From: a virus
Taxonomy: Duplodnaviria; Caudoviricetes
Virus record (IMG/VR): IMGVR_UViG_3300046528_000074
Location: 1 to 64,000 of that record
DNA: 64,000 nt
Reading direction: 5' to 3' (one strand)
In this document: in pieces, positions 44,643 to 55,355 of the stretch
Layout of the letters: each line of letters begins with the position of its first letter
Position numbering within the stretch: position 1 is the first letter of the stretch
Translations under genes and position numbers: made by a program
The notes under the pieces: generated by a model
What the model saw: the letters and a program-made list of their open reading frames with translations, nothing else
The model's database searches: none
What the model was told of the DNA's origin: nothing

Positions 44643-46930
44643 CGGGAAAGTCTCAGGTTGGAAAAGTGGACGAGCAGGCCCTGCAGCACGTGGCCCATGT
44701 CGATGTTCGAGTTGCTGTAAAACTGGGCGCTCATGTTCAGCCCCTTGCCCTCGATGCTGAATTCAGGCGCTGTCACGACCTGCGCGTCATAGAAGAACGC
44801 GTCCCAGTTGTCCGTGTCCCAGTAACCGCCATTGCCGCCGATGCTTGCCGTCTGCAGTCGGTGTGTGCCGATGTCTGGATCGCCGTACGAGAATTCAGGC
44901 TGGAAGCGGATGGACGAATAGGCGGTCGCGCTCATTTCCATGACGGCCTTGCGGAAGCGCTTGCGCTGGCGCGGGCTGCCGAAATTGTCGAAAGGCAGGT
45001 GCAGATACGCCTCGATGGCCTGGCCGTCGAAGCTGGAGCCGACGTCGGCCTGGTACACGTAACCATTCACGTCGCCGAACAGGACGACATTGCCGCCGGT
45101 CGCGTCCTCGCAGCTTGCGAAGCATGCCGGCGTGGTCGGGTATTGCAGGCGCGTGATACCGACCAGGTTGCCGTCGTTGAACGTGACGATCACGCCGCTG
45201 CCGTCGGCGGCGAAGATGCGGTACTGGTTGCGGTTGCGGTACACGACCGAGCCGATGGCGTTCGCGCGCAGCTTGTCGACGATGGGCTGCACGTATTGGC
45301 TGATCGTCGATTGCACGAAGTTGCCATACGCCTGCGTGCGGTCGGTGCTGACGATGCCGCGGTCGGCCAGCGCCAGCGTCTTGCCGATGGCCTGCACGGT
45401 GTAGGCGATGGCGCCGATCTTGTCGGAGATGGGCAGCAACTGGAAATCGTCGTTCGTCGAGCCGTTCAGCTGGTAGCTGCTGTTGCGCGCAAAGATCGCG
45501 AGCGTGTCGCCGGCCTGCACTTCCATGCCGGTCACGACGTCGCCGATGCCGATCTCGTCGGCGCCGGCCAGGATGGTCCAGGCATACGGCGCACCATCGC
45601 CAGAATGCTGCACGGAGCCCTTGAAGGACAGGAACAGCTTCTGCTTGTGCGCACGGATGAACTGCGGCGTGTCGGCCGCCATGCCGGTGCGGATCGGCGC
45701 CAGCGTCGTGCCGTCGAACTCGAATGCCGGATTGACGCCGTCGCAGAAGTACATGCGGCGCGTTGCCAGCGAACCGGTGAAGTTGTACGTGACAAACTCG
45801 AAGCGCCCGCCGGGCAGCAGGGTGATCGGCGCGTTCGCCGCCACTGCGTTTGCCATCGGCGCGCCGGCCACGCGCAGCAGTTCGCCCGCCTGGAACGTGC
45901 CGCTGGACGACGACAGCACGATGGTGGCCGTGACGCCGAAGCTGGCCCATGCGCCCGTACGCACGCCGGCGCGGGCCACGACGCCAGTGGCGCCGGACGT
46001 GGCACCCGTGACCGTCGTGCCCTCGACGAGTTGCTGGGCCTGCGGGTAGCACGTCAGGCCGGCGGCCACGTCGCCCAGCACAATCGCCGCGCCGCCTGCC
46101 GTCAGCGATACCTGGAATGTGTTCGCCGTCGTGGCGACGACGTAATAGCTGGTGTTGGCGCTGGCGCCGCTGGGGATCGTGCCGCCGAACTGGACGAGCG
46201 CGCCGACCGATAGCCCGTGCGCGGCCCAGTTCACGGCGCCGCTCGATGTCGTAACGGCCTGGCTTGGCTGCTTGACCTGCAACTCCTGGCCGAACGTGAC
46301 GGCCGCCCAGCCGGCACTGGTCGACTTGTACATCTTGCATTGCGTGCCGTCGTAGTCGCGGAACGCGTACGTCACGCCGCCAAACATCCAGACGCCGCGG
46401 ATCGGACCGACGCCCGGCACGGCCTGGATGTCGGCGCGGTACAGGTCGGCGGCGGCGGCCAGCGCGGTGGCGTCGCGCAGAGAATCCGGGTAGCCGCGCA
46501 CAATCGCCGTGCCCAATGTGCCAAGCACACTTGCGTCCATGCGCGTGATCGTCTCGCCATCCTGGAACGAGCCCGACACCTTCGAGACGCTGATGCTGCC
46601 CGTGCTGGCGCTCGGCGCCGGCGTGCCGTCGCACATGACGACGATGCCGATGGCCCCCGACGTCGCGCCGCGCACCTGCGTGCCGATGGCGACATAAGGG
46701 AAACTACCCTGCAGGTAGAGGTAGGTGGCCGCCGACGGCGCGGGCCGCCCGTCCAGGCGCTCGTAGCCGTCGATCCGCTTATAGCCGCCCAGCATGCCAG
46801 GCTCGTAGTTGACGGCGACGATGGCGTTCCCTGGCTGGATGTCCAGCGCGGGTGACATCATGTCGAGGCCGCCGATGAAGCGCACGCGCTCGATCTCGAT
46901 GCGTGCTTCGGGGATGCGGACCTGCTTCAT
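44639..46930 (-). CDS. Tail nozzle / DNA stabilisation protein
   Basis: Start MKQVRIPE; F.GGLD N-terminus, beta-rich, RKRFRK C-terminal motif; follows the adaptor. Confidence 0.75.
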   Translation of the reverse strand: MKQVRIPEARIEIERVRFIGGLDMMSPALDIQPGNAIVAVNYEPGMLGGYKRIDGYERLDGRPAPSAATYLYLQGSFPYVAIGTQVRGATSGAIGIVVMCDGTPAPSASTGSISVSKVSGSFQDGETITRMDASVLGTLGTAIVRGYPDSLRDATALAAAADLYRADIQAVPGVGPIRGVWMFGGVTYAFRDYDGTQCKMYKSTSAGWAAVTFGQELQVKQPSQAVTTSSGAVNWAAHGLSVGALVQFGGTIPSGASANTSYYVVATTANTFQVSLTAGGAAIVLGDVAAGLTCYPQAQQLVEGTTVTGATSGATGVVARAGVRTGAWASFGVTATIVLSSSSGTFQAGELLRVAGAPMANAVAANAPITLLPGGRFEFVTYNFTGSLATRRMYFCDGVNPAFEFDGTTLAPIRTGMAADTPQFIRAHKQKLFLSFKGSVQHSGDGAPYAWTILAGADEIGIGDVVTGMEVQAGDTLAIFARNSSYQLNGSTNDDFQLLPISDKIGAIAYTVQAIGKTLALADRGIVSTDRTQAYGNFVQSTISQYVQPIVDKLRANAIGSVVYRNRNQYRIFAADGSGVIVTFNDGNLVGITRLQYPTTPACFASCEDATGGNVVLFGDVNGYVYQADVGSSFDGQAIEAYLHLPFDNFGSPRQRKRFRKAVMEMSATAYSSIRFQPEFSYGDPDIGTHRLQTASIGGNGGYWDTDNWDAFFYDAQVVTAPEFSIEGKGLNMSAQFYSNSNIDMGHVLQGLLVHFSNLRLSR

Positions 46931-47607
46931 ACCAGCGACTCCGAAGCGGACCACTTCGGCAGATACTGGCTCGCCATCTGTGCCAGCATGCGCGCGCATT
47001 CGGACTGCCCGAAGATGAACACGGAGCTGTCGCCCTCGTAGGCGCCATACAACTGCAGGGCGCGGTAGACGATGGCATCATGGAAGCGCGCGGCGAACGG
47101 CGGCGCGTCCTGATTGTTGACCAGGTCGATAGGCGCGCGGTACTGCTGGCCGGTCACGACATAGCTGGCGTCTGGGATCGGCCAGAAAATCAGGGACTGG
47201 TCCGGCGCTTCGGTCACGACAACCGGGCGCCCGGTCTGCAGGCGCTGCGCGCCATACGCGTAGATGCGGCAGAAATCATCGTAGGGGACGAACCCAACGG
47301 GCTGTTCATCCATGGGGCCGATGGCCGCCGCATAGCAGCGCCAATCGTCGCCGCGAAAGCGCCATTCCCCGAACCCGGTCACGCCGGCAGCGGCGGCCGT
47401 GTAGGTGTTATTCGATGCGGTCGTGGTGAAGGTCACGCCGGCGCGCAGAAACTCCCATTCTGGATTGTCCAGTTGGATGTCGCGGTTCGCCTTGATGATC
47501 CAGTTGACGGCGCGCAGGGCCTCGCCAGACTGGCCCTGCACGGAGACGATCGAGCCGGTGATGCCGGCCTGACGCATGAAGTCTTGAACGAGTTCGAGGA
47601 ATGTCAT
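46927..47607 (-). CDS. Head-tail adaptor
   Basis: MTFLELVQ...WEFL...FWPIPD...FHDAIVY. Confidence 0.75.
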   Translation of the reverse strand: MTFLELVQDFMRQAGITGSIVSVQGQSGEALRAVNWIIKANRDIQLDNPEWEFLRAGVTFTTTASNNTYTAAAAGVTGFGEWRFRGDDWRCYAAAIGPMDEQPVGFVPYDDFCRIYAYGAQRLQTGRPVVVTEAPDQSLIFWPIPDASYVVTGQQYRAPIDLVNNQDAPPFAARFHDAIVYRALQLYGAYEGDSSVFIFGQSECARMLAQMASQYLPKWSASESLV

Positions 47608-47619
47608 TGTGGAGATGGA

Positions 47620-48141
47620 TTACGGCTGCGAAAGGATGTTGTTCAGCCAGGCATTGCCGATCGGGTTCTTGTCGCGCATCTCGAAGGGGTAGCGCAGCCC
47701 GTGGTTCAGGTCGATCTTCGTGGTGCGGTCGCCGTTGCCGTCGGTGATCTCGGGCGTGGCCACGCTGAAGGGCTTGGCGCGCGCCAGCACCTCGACATAC
47801 TTGCGACGGGCGATCACCCATTCGCCGCGGATGAAGCGCTGCGGCCTGCCGTTGTTCCAGACTTCGACGATCTTTTCGGCGTTCTGCTCGGAGGACGGCA
47901 GCACGCGTACCAAGACTTGTTCTTCCATGAACGTGGCATCGGCTGCGAAGCGCTGGAAGTGCGGATCGGTAGGGCTCATCGACACGGTGGAATTCAGGCT
48001 GTCGCGCAGGTCTTCCAGCGACATATCCTGGTCCAGCGTGATGCTGCGGTCATGCATGTCCAGATCGGCATCCAGGGTGTCGGCGCCAACGGTGCCGGTC
48101 ATCATGTCGGAGGAAACTGCAGGGGTACGGTTGCGGCTCAT
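47620..48141 (-). CDS. Conserved virion-region protein
   Basis: VWNNGR...IRGE...KYVEVLARAK. Confidence 0.75.
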   Translation of the reverse strand: MSRNRTPAVSSDMMTGTVGADTLDADLDMHDRSITLDQDMSLEDLRDSLNSTVSMSPTDPHFQRFAADATFMEEQVLVRVLPSSEQNAEKIVEVWNNGRPQRFIRGEWVIARRKYVEVLARAKPFSVATPEITDGNGDRTTKIDLNHGLRYPFEMRDKNPIGNAWLNNILSQP

Positions 48142-48153
48142 GGTGGAATCTCC

Positions 48154-48185
48154 AAAAGGAACGGGCCACCAGATGGCGGCCCGTT
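48154..48185 (-). terminator. Terminator after capsid/decoration genes
   Basis: AACGGGCCGCCA-TC-TGGTGGCCCGTT-CCTTTT. Confidence 0.7.
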
Positions 48186-48209
48186 TGGGTTGCTAAGTGC
48201 TGCCGGGGA

Positions 48210-48692
48210 TTACGACGCTTGCGGGCGGTTCGGCACGGCCATGATGTCGCTGGCCGTCACGGTGATGCCGGCCTGGTTCCAGTTCGAGGTGCCAAACGTG
48301 AACAGCGTTCCGGTCGAGACGTTCTTGATCACGGCATACGCGAACGGGACCAGCGTGTCGGGCAGGTTCGCGAACTGCGGCGCGGCGAACTGGAAGGTGC
48401 CCGAAGCGTCCAGCAGTTCGGTCGAGCCCTGCACGACCTTGACGTTACCGGCCGAGTCCAGGCACCAGAGCACGTTCGTGCCATAGCCGGGCTTGACGGT
48501 GATCGCCGCGCCGGTGACAGCGTCGGTGGTCGGCGTCGCGGCGCCGGCGGCAGTGCTCTTGCTATACAGCTTGCCGTACAGGGCATAGGCGATGGCCGTG
48601 CCGAGGGTGTACGTGGTGGCAGCGCCCGACAGGCCCGTCAGGCCGGCCTTGCCCAGCACCAGATTGCCGCCGATGAAATTTTGAGCTTGCAT
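48210..48692 (-). CDS. Putative capsid decoration protein
   Basis: Beta-rich, downstream of the capsid gene. Confidence 0.65.
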   Translation of the reverse strand: MQAQNFIGGNLVLGKAGLTGLSGAATTYTLGTAIAYALYGKLYSKSTAAGAATPTTDAVTGAAITVKPGYGTNVLWCLDSAGNVKVVQGSTELLDASGTFQFAAPQFANLPDTLVPFAYAVIKNVSTGTLFTFGTSNWNQAGITVTASDIMAVPNRPQAS

Positions 48693-48716
48693 GTAAATAT
48701 TCCTTTTCGGAGAGGG

Positions 48717-48962
48717 TTACGACTTCTTGACGTTCAGCGCGGCCTTCGCCACGGCCAGGGTCGCGACGTTGTTGGTGCCCAGGTTGGCGACGGTGCCCGC
48801 CGCGGCGGCATCGAGCTTGGCCAGCGCGGCATTCAGCGACGCGCGCAACTGCTCGATGTCGTCGGTCAGCCCGCTGAACGCAGCCAGCAGCAGGCGCTTG
48901 TCGGACTGGTTGATCGCCATCTTCTGGATTTGCTGCGAGATCGAGACTTGGGGAGATGCCAT
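48717..48962 (-). CDS. Small head-associated protein
   Basis: LNAALAKLDA coiled coil; AAAGGA RBS. Confidence 0.65.
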   Translation of the reverse strand: MASPQVSISQQIQKMAINQSDKRLLLAAFSGLTDDIEQLRASLNAALAKLDAAAAGTVANLGTNNVATLAVAKAALNVKKS

Positions 48963-49014
48963 GTTGATCCTTTCAGGTCAGGCGCCAGGCGCAGGGCCCG
49001 GCGCCGTTATTGGA

Positions 49015-50052
49015 TTACGGCAGGGCCGTGACGCCGACTTCAGCGACAGCCATCCAGCCATTGTTCAGCACGACGGCGGCGAAGTAGTTCTTCGCGCCGA
49101 TGTAGCCGCGCTGGCCCAGCGGGTCGTTCTTGTCCTTCTGGCCCGGCGCGATGTAGGTCACGTCGATGGAGTCCTTGCCGCGCAGTGCGACCTGGCCCCA
49201 TGCGTTCTCCGCGGCCACGATGACCGGGTACACGTCGACGTTTGCGCCAGTGGTCGAGAACAGGCCGGTCGCACCGACAGCCGCGCCCGAGTCCGGGATG
49301 CTTTGCAGTTCCGGCGACAGGATGATGCGGAAGTTCTCGGCGCTGCCTAGCTCCTGCTCGTGCAGGACTTTGCGCTGGCCGTAGATCGCGGTTTCCTTGA
49401 AGCCCGGCAGGTCACGGATGTCCTGTTCGGTGTCGGTGTGCGCGAACACGAGATAGGACGCTTCGACGGCCGCGGTGCCGTAGTTCGGGGTCGGGGCCAG
49501 GATGCCCGTGATGAACTTCGCGTGGTTCGCCTTCAGCGAGCGCGTCATCTTGCGCAGCAGCGACAGGGTGATCTTGCTCGATACCGTGGCGCGTGAGGTG
49601 CCGCCGGCATAGAACTTGTTGGTGCAGCCCTTCAGGGCGCCATAGCGTACCATCTCGCGCACCAGGCCCAGGCGCTCGCCGGTCTGCTTCTTCATCTCGT
49701 CGACGATCTGCGGGCCGTCCTCGTGCATGTCGACCATCTGGTCCGACACGGCGTACAGCACGGCGTACTGCTGCATCTGGACTTCGATGTCCTGCGGGGT
49801 CAGCGTGTCGGCCGCCGGGGTGACGCCTTCCTGCACGATGTGCGCCACGGCGTTCACGTTCCACTGGTTCGGGTTCGACAGGGTCGAGCCGTACGGCAGC
49901 CAGCGGCGGAACGAGATCGTCTTGCTGGCGTTGGCCGGCATCTTCTTCTGCTGGCCGGTGATGCCCAGCACTTCGACGGGCATGGCGTGCGCCAGGATTT
50001 CGCCCTTGAATTTATTAATCCGGGCGCTGGTGTTGAGGGTTTGAATCGTCAT
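49015..50052 (-). CDS. Major capsid protein, N4-gp56 family
   Basis: KTISFRRW...EGVTP...QYA...DPLGQRGYIGAK...ILNNGWM-like end. Confidence 0.9.
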   Translation of the reverse strand: MTIQTLNTSARINKFKGEILAHAMPVEVLGITGQQKKMPANASKTISFRRWLPYGSTLSNPNQWNVNAVAHIVQEGVTPAADTLTPQDIEVQMQQYAVLYAVSDQMVDMHEDGPQIVDEMKKQTGERLGLVREMVRYGALKGCTNKFYAGGTSRATVSSKITLSLLRKMTRSLKANHAKFITGILAPTPNYGTAAVEASYLVFAHTDTEQDIRDLPGFKETAIYGQRKVLHEQELGSAENFRIILSPELQSIPDSGAAVGATGLFSTTGANVDVYPVIVAAENAWGQVALRGKDSIDVTYIAPGQKDKNDPLGQRGYIGAKNYFAAVVLNNGWMAVAEVGVTALP

Positions 50053-50081
50053 TGTGACTTTCCTTCAATGAATGGGTGGGG

Positions 50082-51086
50082 TCAGCGGCTACCCGTGCGC
50101 ACGGCTTTGAAGCCGGCTTCGAATGCCGCATCGTCATCGACTGCGTTAATGCCGGTCGTCGAGCCCCTCGTTGCGGGGATCGCGTTTTCCAGCCGCTTGC
50201 CGCGTTGCTTGTTGGCGTCGGCTTGCGCCGCTGCCTGTTCGTCGCGCTTGTGCTTCCAATCCTTGAATCCCTTGAAAGCATCGACCAGCACTTTTGCATC
50301 CCAGGAGGACGCGAGCAGGTCTTGCGCGGCTTGCGGCAGCTGCGAACGCCATTCGGAAAACTCGGGCGTCTTGCGAAGGTCGCGCCAGTCGGGATGCACT
50401 GCATCGACGATGGCTTGCTCCTTCTGCTTGAGCACCTGCTGGACACGTTCGTCAGCGAGCGGATCGACCATGACGGGATCGGCTTGCGGCGCCGGGGCGT
50501 CGCCTGCGTTGCCCTGTGGGTCGGGGTTCGCTGCTGCCGGCGTTGCGAAGGCATCGGCTAGGTCTTCCTCGAGCATCTGCCCCAGCTCGGGGAATTCCGC
50601 TCGCAGGCGCTTGAGTTGCGCCAGCGCCGGCTTCTGGCCGTCGGCCGCGCGTGCCGCGATCGCCTTTAGCTCCTGCTGGATCGAACCGATCTTGCCGGCC
50701 GTGGTATCACGGGTGCGGCGCAGTTCTTCCTGCAGTTGCGGGATCGTGGCCGCTGCGGCGCGCAGGGCCTCGACCTCGGCTTTCGTCAGCGCGACGGGCG
50801 CATTGGCTTCGGCCTGCGCCTGGGCTTGCGCCGCGGCATCGGCTGCGGCCTGTGCGGCGGCTGCATCCGCTTCGGCTTGCGCGCGGGCGGCTGCATCGTC
50901 TTCGTGTCCATCCTGGCCATTCGATTCGGCGGCATGGCGGTCGGCGTTGTTCGTCGTGTCGGTCGATCCTTCGACGTGCGGCATGGTCTGCTCGCGCGTG
51001 GTGTTGAAGGCGGCCATGAACTCGGCTTCTGCCTGCGCTTCCTGTTCGGGCGTCAGGGTTTCCAACTGGTCATTCTCTGCTGCCAT
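50082..51086 (-). CDS. Scaffold protein
   Basis: Acidic, helical; AFEAGF tail; between portal and capsid. Confidence 0.75.
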   Translation of the reverse strand: MAAENDQLETLTPEQEAQAEAEFMAAFNTTREQTMPHVEGSTDTTNNADRHAAESNGQDGHEDDAAARAQAEADAAAAQAAADAAAQAQAQAEANAPVALTKAEVEALRAAAATIPQLQEELRRTRDTTAGKIGSIQQELKAIAARAADGQKPALAQLKRLRAEFPELGQMLEEDLADAFATPAAANPDPQGNAGDAPAPQADPVMVDPLADERVQQVLKQKEQAIVDAVHPDWRDLRKTPEFSEWRSQLPQAAQDLLASSWDAKVLVDAFKGFKDWKHKRDEQAAAQADANKQRGKRLENAIPATRGSTTGINAVDDDAAFEAGFKAVRTGSR

Positions 51087-51101
51087 GGGGTGCTTCTCCA
51101 C

Positions 51102-51126
51102 AAACAAAAAACCGCCTCGCGGCGGC
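51102..51126 (-). terminator. Terminator upstream of scaffold gene
   Basis: GCCGCC-GCGA-GGCGGT-TTTTTGTTT. Confidence 0.6.
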
Positions 51127-51154
51127 TATTACGACAAGGGGCCGATGGTCCCTG

Positions 51155-51376
51155 TCACTCGTGCCCGTCCTGGCTTTCACCAGCGGCGAGCAATGCTTTC
51201 AATTCCATGATCCGGCCGCGCAGCATGGCGGTCTTGTCTGCGGGCAGGTCGTTGTCGTTCTGGCGCCGGTACATATCGAGCCGGGCCTGCAGGCGCTCGC
51301 GCATGCGCAACCAGACATCGCTGTTGCGGTCCCGCTCGGACAGCGTCAGGTCGGTGGGGTCGATCGGCGGCCTCAT
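51155..51376 (-). CDS. Small conserved protein after portal
   Basis: TAMLRGRIMELKALL motif. Confidence 0.7.
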   Translation of the reverse strand: MRPPIDPTDLTLSERDRNSDVWLRMRERLQARLDMYRRQNDNDLPADKTAMLRGRIMELKALLAAGESQDGHE

Positions 51377-53811
51377 GCCTGGAACGCCTCACCATTCGGC
51401 GCGCGGCCGGCGGGCTCGGTCGGCGGCGCGATGACCTGCGCGGCGGGGTTGTGGTGCTTGTGCAGGTCGGCGGCCGTCGACATCGCCGACAGTTCCTTCT
51501 GCGTCTGCAGTTTCATCGTGGTCTGCGCCAGCTCGGCCTTCACGGCATCGAGCGACATCTGGCGCTTGTTCGCATAGTCGAGCATGGCCAGGTCGCGCTT
51601 CATCTGCAATTCGGCCTGCTGGGACTGGGCGTCGGCCTGCGTGCGCGCGGCCTCGGCTTGCGCGAATACGGCATCGCGGTCCATGTCCGACTTGATGCGC
51701 TGCTGCTGGGTGCCGGCGGCGATCTCGGCGGCCTTTACGCGCGCCTGGGCACCGATCTGGGCCACTTGAATCTTCGGGTCCTGCGGCGGCGGGCTCTGCT
51801 CGGCCTGCTTCTTCTGCTGCGCCATCTCGGCCGGGCTGAACTGGAAGTTGGACGGATCCAGGCGCTGCGCCTTCATGTACTGCTTGATCCAGCGCGTCGG
51901 GTCGATGCCGAATACCGGGTTGCCGATCAACTGGCCCATGGCAATGATGGCCTGGTTCTGGGCGTCGCGTTCGAACAGCGCCGACGAGCCGCGCGCGGCC
52001 ACGATGTATTCGCCCTTTTCGTCCTGCTCGCCGTAGATCAGCAGCCACTCGTAATAGCGCAGCAGGTGCGGCACCGTGATGCGGTCGTCGAACAGCTTGG
52101 CGATCTGGCGCAGCGGCGTGTTCGAGTTGTTCGTCAGCAGCTGCATGCCGCCCACCGTCTCGCTGGCCTGGCCCTGCTGGCCCTGCATCAGCATCGGCAG
52201 GCCGGTGCTGTCCTCGGCCAGCTTCTGCGCATACTGGACGATCTTCAGCAGTTCATCGGTCAGCATCGGGATCGTGATCGCGGCGAATGCCTTGCGCACG
52301 TCGTCGATGTTGGTCGCGTCCTTGAGCATCTTCCACAGCATGCGCGGGCGGATCGTGTAGGGGTCGGCCGAGTTCATCGGCTTGATGGCACCGTCGGCGA
52401 TGACGATCTGCGGGCCGGCGGCAAGGCCTGCGTTGTCCAGCAGGTTGCGCGTGGCGGCCGTCAGCATGCGCTGAGGCGTGCGCACCTGGCGCGCCACACC
52501 GATGCCAGCCCAGTGGCCGTCACGCTCCTGCCACACCATGACGTCGTAGGGGAATTCGCCGCTGTCCAGCGTGCTGCGCGCGGCCTTGATGACGCGGTCG
52601 TTCACCATCGTGATCATGACCGGCAGCACGGTGTTCTGGTCGACGTCCAGGCCGGCGGCGTTCAGGTCGCCAGCCGTGGCCACGCCGTAGAAGTACCAGA
52701 TTTCGAACGTCTCGGCGTCCGGCGCCTGGTAGTTCGTATCTTCCTGATGCTTGCGCTGCGGGCCTTCCGACAGGCATTGCTTGATCGTGTCTTCCAGGTA
52801 GAACGGCTGGCCGTCCTCGCCGCCGGTCCCGATCAGGTCGCGCAGCTCGCGCGCCGTGATCATGTCCTTCTCCCAGGTGTAATTACCGCGATGGATGTCT
52901 TCGCCGCATGCGGGGTCCGGGTAGAAATTCCAGTAGCTGATGCGCTTCGATACGGGCGCCGTCTTGTTCTGGATCGACATGCCGACGATGTTGCCGTTCG
53001 CATCACGCTCGATCGCGCGCGCCACGCTCTTGACCGGGAACGGGCCTTTCAGGATGCCCACGCCCACCTTGGCGGCGTCCTTCAGGACCTTGCGCTGCTC
53101 GGCGCCATATTGGCCTTCTTCCAGCCAATCCTCGATGCGGCGCTTGGCCTTGGCCACCTTGGCGCGCGCGTCGCCTGCCATGGCGGTAGCGGCCTCCCCC
53201 AGCGTGGCGAAGTTGCCGGGCCCGGACCATGGCTTATCACTGTGCATCGCCTCGATGACGTCGGGCATCGGCGTCTCGCGCAGGTCCCAGTTCGGATCAT
53301 CGGTCGGCAGCAGCATGTCGGCCGCGCGGCCGGCGCTGAAGTCCACGTAAGCACGCGTGATGTTCGGGAAGACGTTCGAGCCCGTGCCTGCGGCGGCGCT
53401 GCCGGACAGGCTGGCGCCGCCCGTGCCACCGAAGTCGCGCGGCTTCAGGGTCGCATGCTCGTTGCGGTTGGCGTCGTCGATGCCCTCGTAGAACTCCTCG
53501 TCCTCGCGCCAGATCATTTCGATGTTCGACTGCTGGCGGGCATTGACGGCGGTTTCGCGCTTCTTGGCCAGCGCCGCGGCGAATGCGTCCAGGCGGGCCT
53601 GGCGGTCTTCGGCCTCCTGGCGCTCCTGGTCCGCCATCTTCTCGGCCAGCACCTCGTCGACCTCGTCGCCGGCCGCAATCACGGCATCGGTCTGGTTGTC
53701 TTCCAGGCCCAGCTGGTCGTCGTCCTGGCTGCCAGCCATGGCGCGCGCATCGGCTGGGCGCGGCTGTGCGGCGCGGGCGGCCTTGCGGCGGCGTGCGGTC
53801 TGTTTATCCAT
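51373..53811 (-). CDS. Portal protein (long helical barrel)
   Basis: PNITR...FYPDP...GIGVARQVRTPQ; Q-rich C-terminus; follows terminase. Confidence 0.85.
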   Translation of the reverse strand: MDKQTARRRKAARAAQPRPADARAMAGSQDDDQLGLEDNQTDAVIAAGDEVDEVLAEKMADQERQEAEDRQARLDAFAAALAKKRETAVNARQQSNIEMIWREDEEFYEGIDDANRNEHATLKPRDFGGTGGASLSGSAAAGTGSNVFPNITRAYVDFSAGRAADMLLPTDDPNWDLRETPMPDVIEAMHSDKPWSGPGNFATLGEAATAMAGDARAKVAKAKRRIEDWLEEGQYGAEQRKVLKDAAKVGVGILKGPFPVKSVARAIERDANGNIVGMSIQNKTAPVSKRISYWNFYPDPACGEDIHRGNYTWEKDMITARELRDLIGTGGEDGQPFYLEDTIKQCLSEGPQRKHQEDTNYQAPDAETFEIWYFYGVATAGDLNAAGLDVDQNTVLPVMITMVNDRVIKAARSTLDSGEFPYDVMVWQERDGHWAGIGVARQVRTPQRMLTAATRNLLDNAGLAAGPQIVIADGAIKPMNSADPYTIRPRMLWKMLKDATNIDDVRKAFAAITIPMLTDELLKIVQYAQKLAEDSTGLPMLMQGQQGQASETVGGMQLLTNNSNTPLRQIAKLFDDRITVPHLLRYYEWLLIYGEQDEKGEYIVAARGSSALFERDAQNQAIIAMGQLIGNPVFGIDPTRWIKQYMKAQRLDPSNFQFSPAEMAQQKKQAEQSPPPQDPKIQVAQIGAQARVKAAEIAAGTQQQRIKSDMDRDAVFAQAEAARTQADAQSQQAELQMKRDLAMLDYANKRQMSLDAVKAELAQTTMKLQTQKELSAMSTAADLHKHHNPAAQVIAPPTEPAGRAPNGEAFQA

Positions 53812-53822
53812 GCGTTGCTTTC

Positions 53823-55355
53823 TCAGTATCCTGCGCCCGGGTCATGCGGGCGGAATGGTTCGACGTTGACAGGCGTGTTGTCGACCGGGCGGAACGGCTC
53901 GGCGAAGGTGATCGACAGCGCATCGGCAATGTCAGGGGACAGGCCGCCGCGCTTCTTGATGTTTTCCTTGCTCTCGATCTTGATGCGGCCCTTGCTGTCG
54001 TACGTGTAGCCGGGCTCGACCAGGTCGGCCTGCAGTTCGTCATCATCCGGGATGCGTGCGGGCTTCTCAGCAAACCAGTTGCGCATGCGGCACCACATTT
54101 CGGCGCGCTTGTTCACGTACAGATCGTCCTCGTCCGCGCTTTCGCTGGCCTGCACCGGCACGACGATGTCGCCGTAGTTCAGTTCTTCCAGGCGGTCATA
54201 GACGCCCACGCCCAGCCCGATGATGTCGATGAACACCTTCTGCGGCTTCTCGTCCTCGATCAGCTTGGCCAGGATGCCGGCCACCTGCATCGTGTTGCGC
54301 TTGGCCAGCGTGCGGATCTTCGTGACCACGCGGCCGCGGCGCCACACGATCGCCGTGCGGTCGTCGCCGTAGCGGGCCGGGTCGCAGCCAATGACCAGCG
54401 GGACGTGCGCCTGCGGACCGATGCCCTTTTCCTTGCGCGCGGCCAGGATGTTTGGGATCGGGATCAGGCTGTCGCGCTTGGCCGATACGAACGCCTCGGC
54501 GGCCGTGTTCGGATACTCCTGCTGGAACCGCGTCTCGTCGCCCTTGAAGTCGTCCGCGATCTTGCGGCGCCGGAAGTACAACTGCCCGTCGGTCAGGCCG
54601 AACAGGTGGCGCAGCTCGTCTTCCTCGTCGGTGCTTTGAAAGTCGGCGGGCGGCTCCTTCGTGTATTCCTCTTGCCAGAACCAGGGCACGAAGATGGCCT
54701 GATATTCGGATTCGCCGCGCTCGGCCATGCGCCAGCGCGTATGGAAGTCGCCGCCGACGCCGTTGGCGGTCGACTCCAGGATGATCTCGGTGTCGTCCAT
54801 ATCTGCAATCGCCTGGCCAAGACCTGGCCAAATGGTGTCTGGGTTCGGCCAGAAGCCGATCTCCGAACCGTGGAACAGTTGCAGCGCCTTGCCGCGGCCG
54901 ACCTGCTTGCTGCCGGCCGTCGCGACCGAGTAGCGGCAGTCGAGCCGGTCGAAATACAGTTCCTTGTCGTTCGAGCGGCCCGCGCTGGGCTGCACGAACG
55001 CCGGCAGGTGCTCGTGAAAGCGCTTGGTCATGTTGAACAGCGTGTCGGTCGAGTCCGACAGGTGCGTCAGGATGAAGGCTGACAGACCCTTGCGAAACGA
55101 CAGCTTGTGCATGTAACGCCCTTGCACGTAGGTGCTGATGCCCTGCTGGCGGCCCTTCAGCACCAGCGCGCGGACCTTGCCCTTTTCGCGCAACTGCTTC
55201 TCGATGCGGCGGTGCACGTAGCGCTGGGCCGCGTTCAGTTCGAACGGGACCATCTTGCCGGCCTTGTTCAGCACCTTCAGGCAGCGCGGCGCATAGTATT
55301 CGAAGTCGTCCTTCAGCAGTCGCAGCTTCTCGGCGCGGTCGGCCGCGATCGTCAT
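53823..55355 (-). CDS. terL: Terminase large subunit
   Basis: LKGRQQGIST, FHGSE, ILESTANG, GCDPARYGDD, SPDIADA. Confidence 0.95.
   Translation of the reverse strand: MTIAADRAEKLRLLKDDFEYYAPRCLKVLNKAGKMVPFELNAAQRYVHRRIEKQLREKGKVRALVLKGRQQGISTYVQGRYMHKLSFRKGLSAFILTHLSDSTDTLFNMTKRFHEHLPAFVQPSAGRSNDKELYFDRLDCRYSVATAGSKQVGRGKALQLFHGSEIGFWPNPDTIWPGLGQAIADMDDTEIILESTANGVGGDFHTRWRMAERGESEYQAIFVPWFWQEEYTKEPPADFQSTDEEDELRHLFGLTDGQLYFRRRKIADDFKGDETRFQQEYPNTAAEAFVSAKRDSLIPIPNILAARKEKGIGPQAHVPLVIGCDPARYGDDRTAIVWRRGRVVTKIRTLAKRNTMQVAGILAKLIEDEKPQKVFIDIIGLGVGVYDRLEELNYGDIVVPVQASESADEDDLYVNKRAEMWCRMRNWFAEKPARIPDDDELQADLVEPGYTYDSKGRIKIESKENIKKRGGLSPDIADALSITFAEPFRPVDNTPVNVEPFRPHDPGAGY

Noticed and set aside
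49015-50052. N4-gp56-family capsid as proof that the whole window is one N4-like genome
   Set aside because: This capsid family also occurs in non-N4 podoviruses; the interior has lambdoid replication and recombination genes, no vRNAP, and different composition from the flanks
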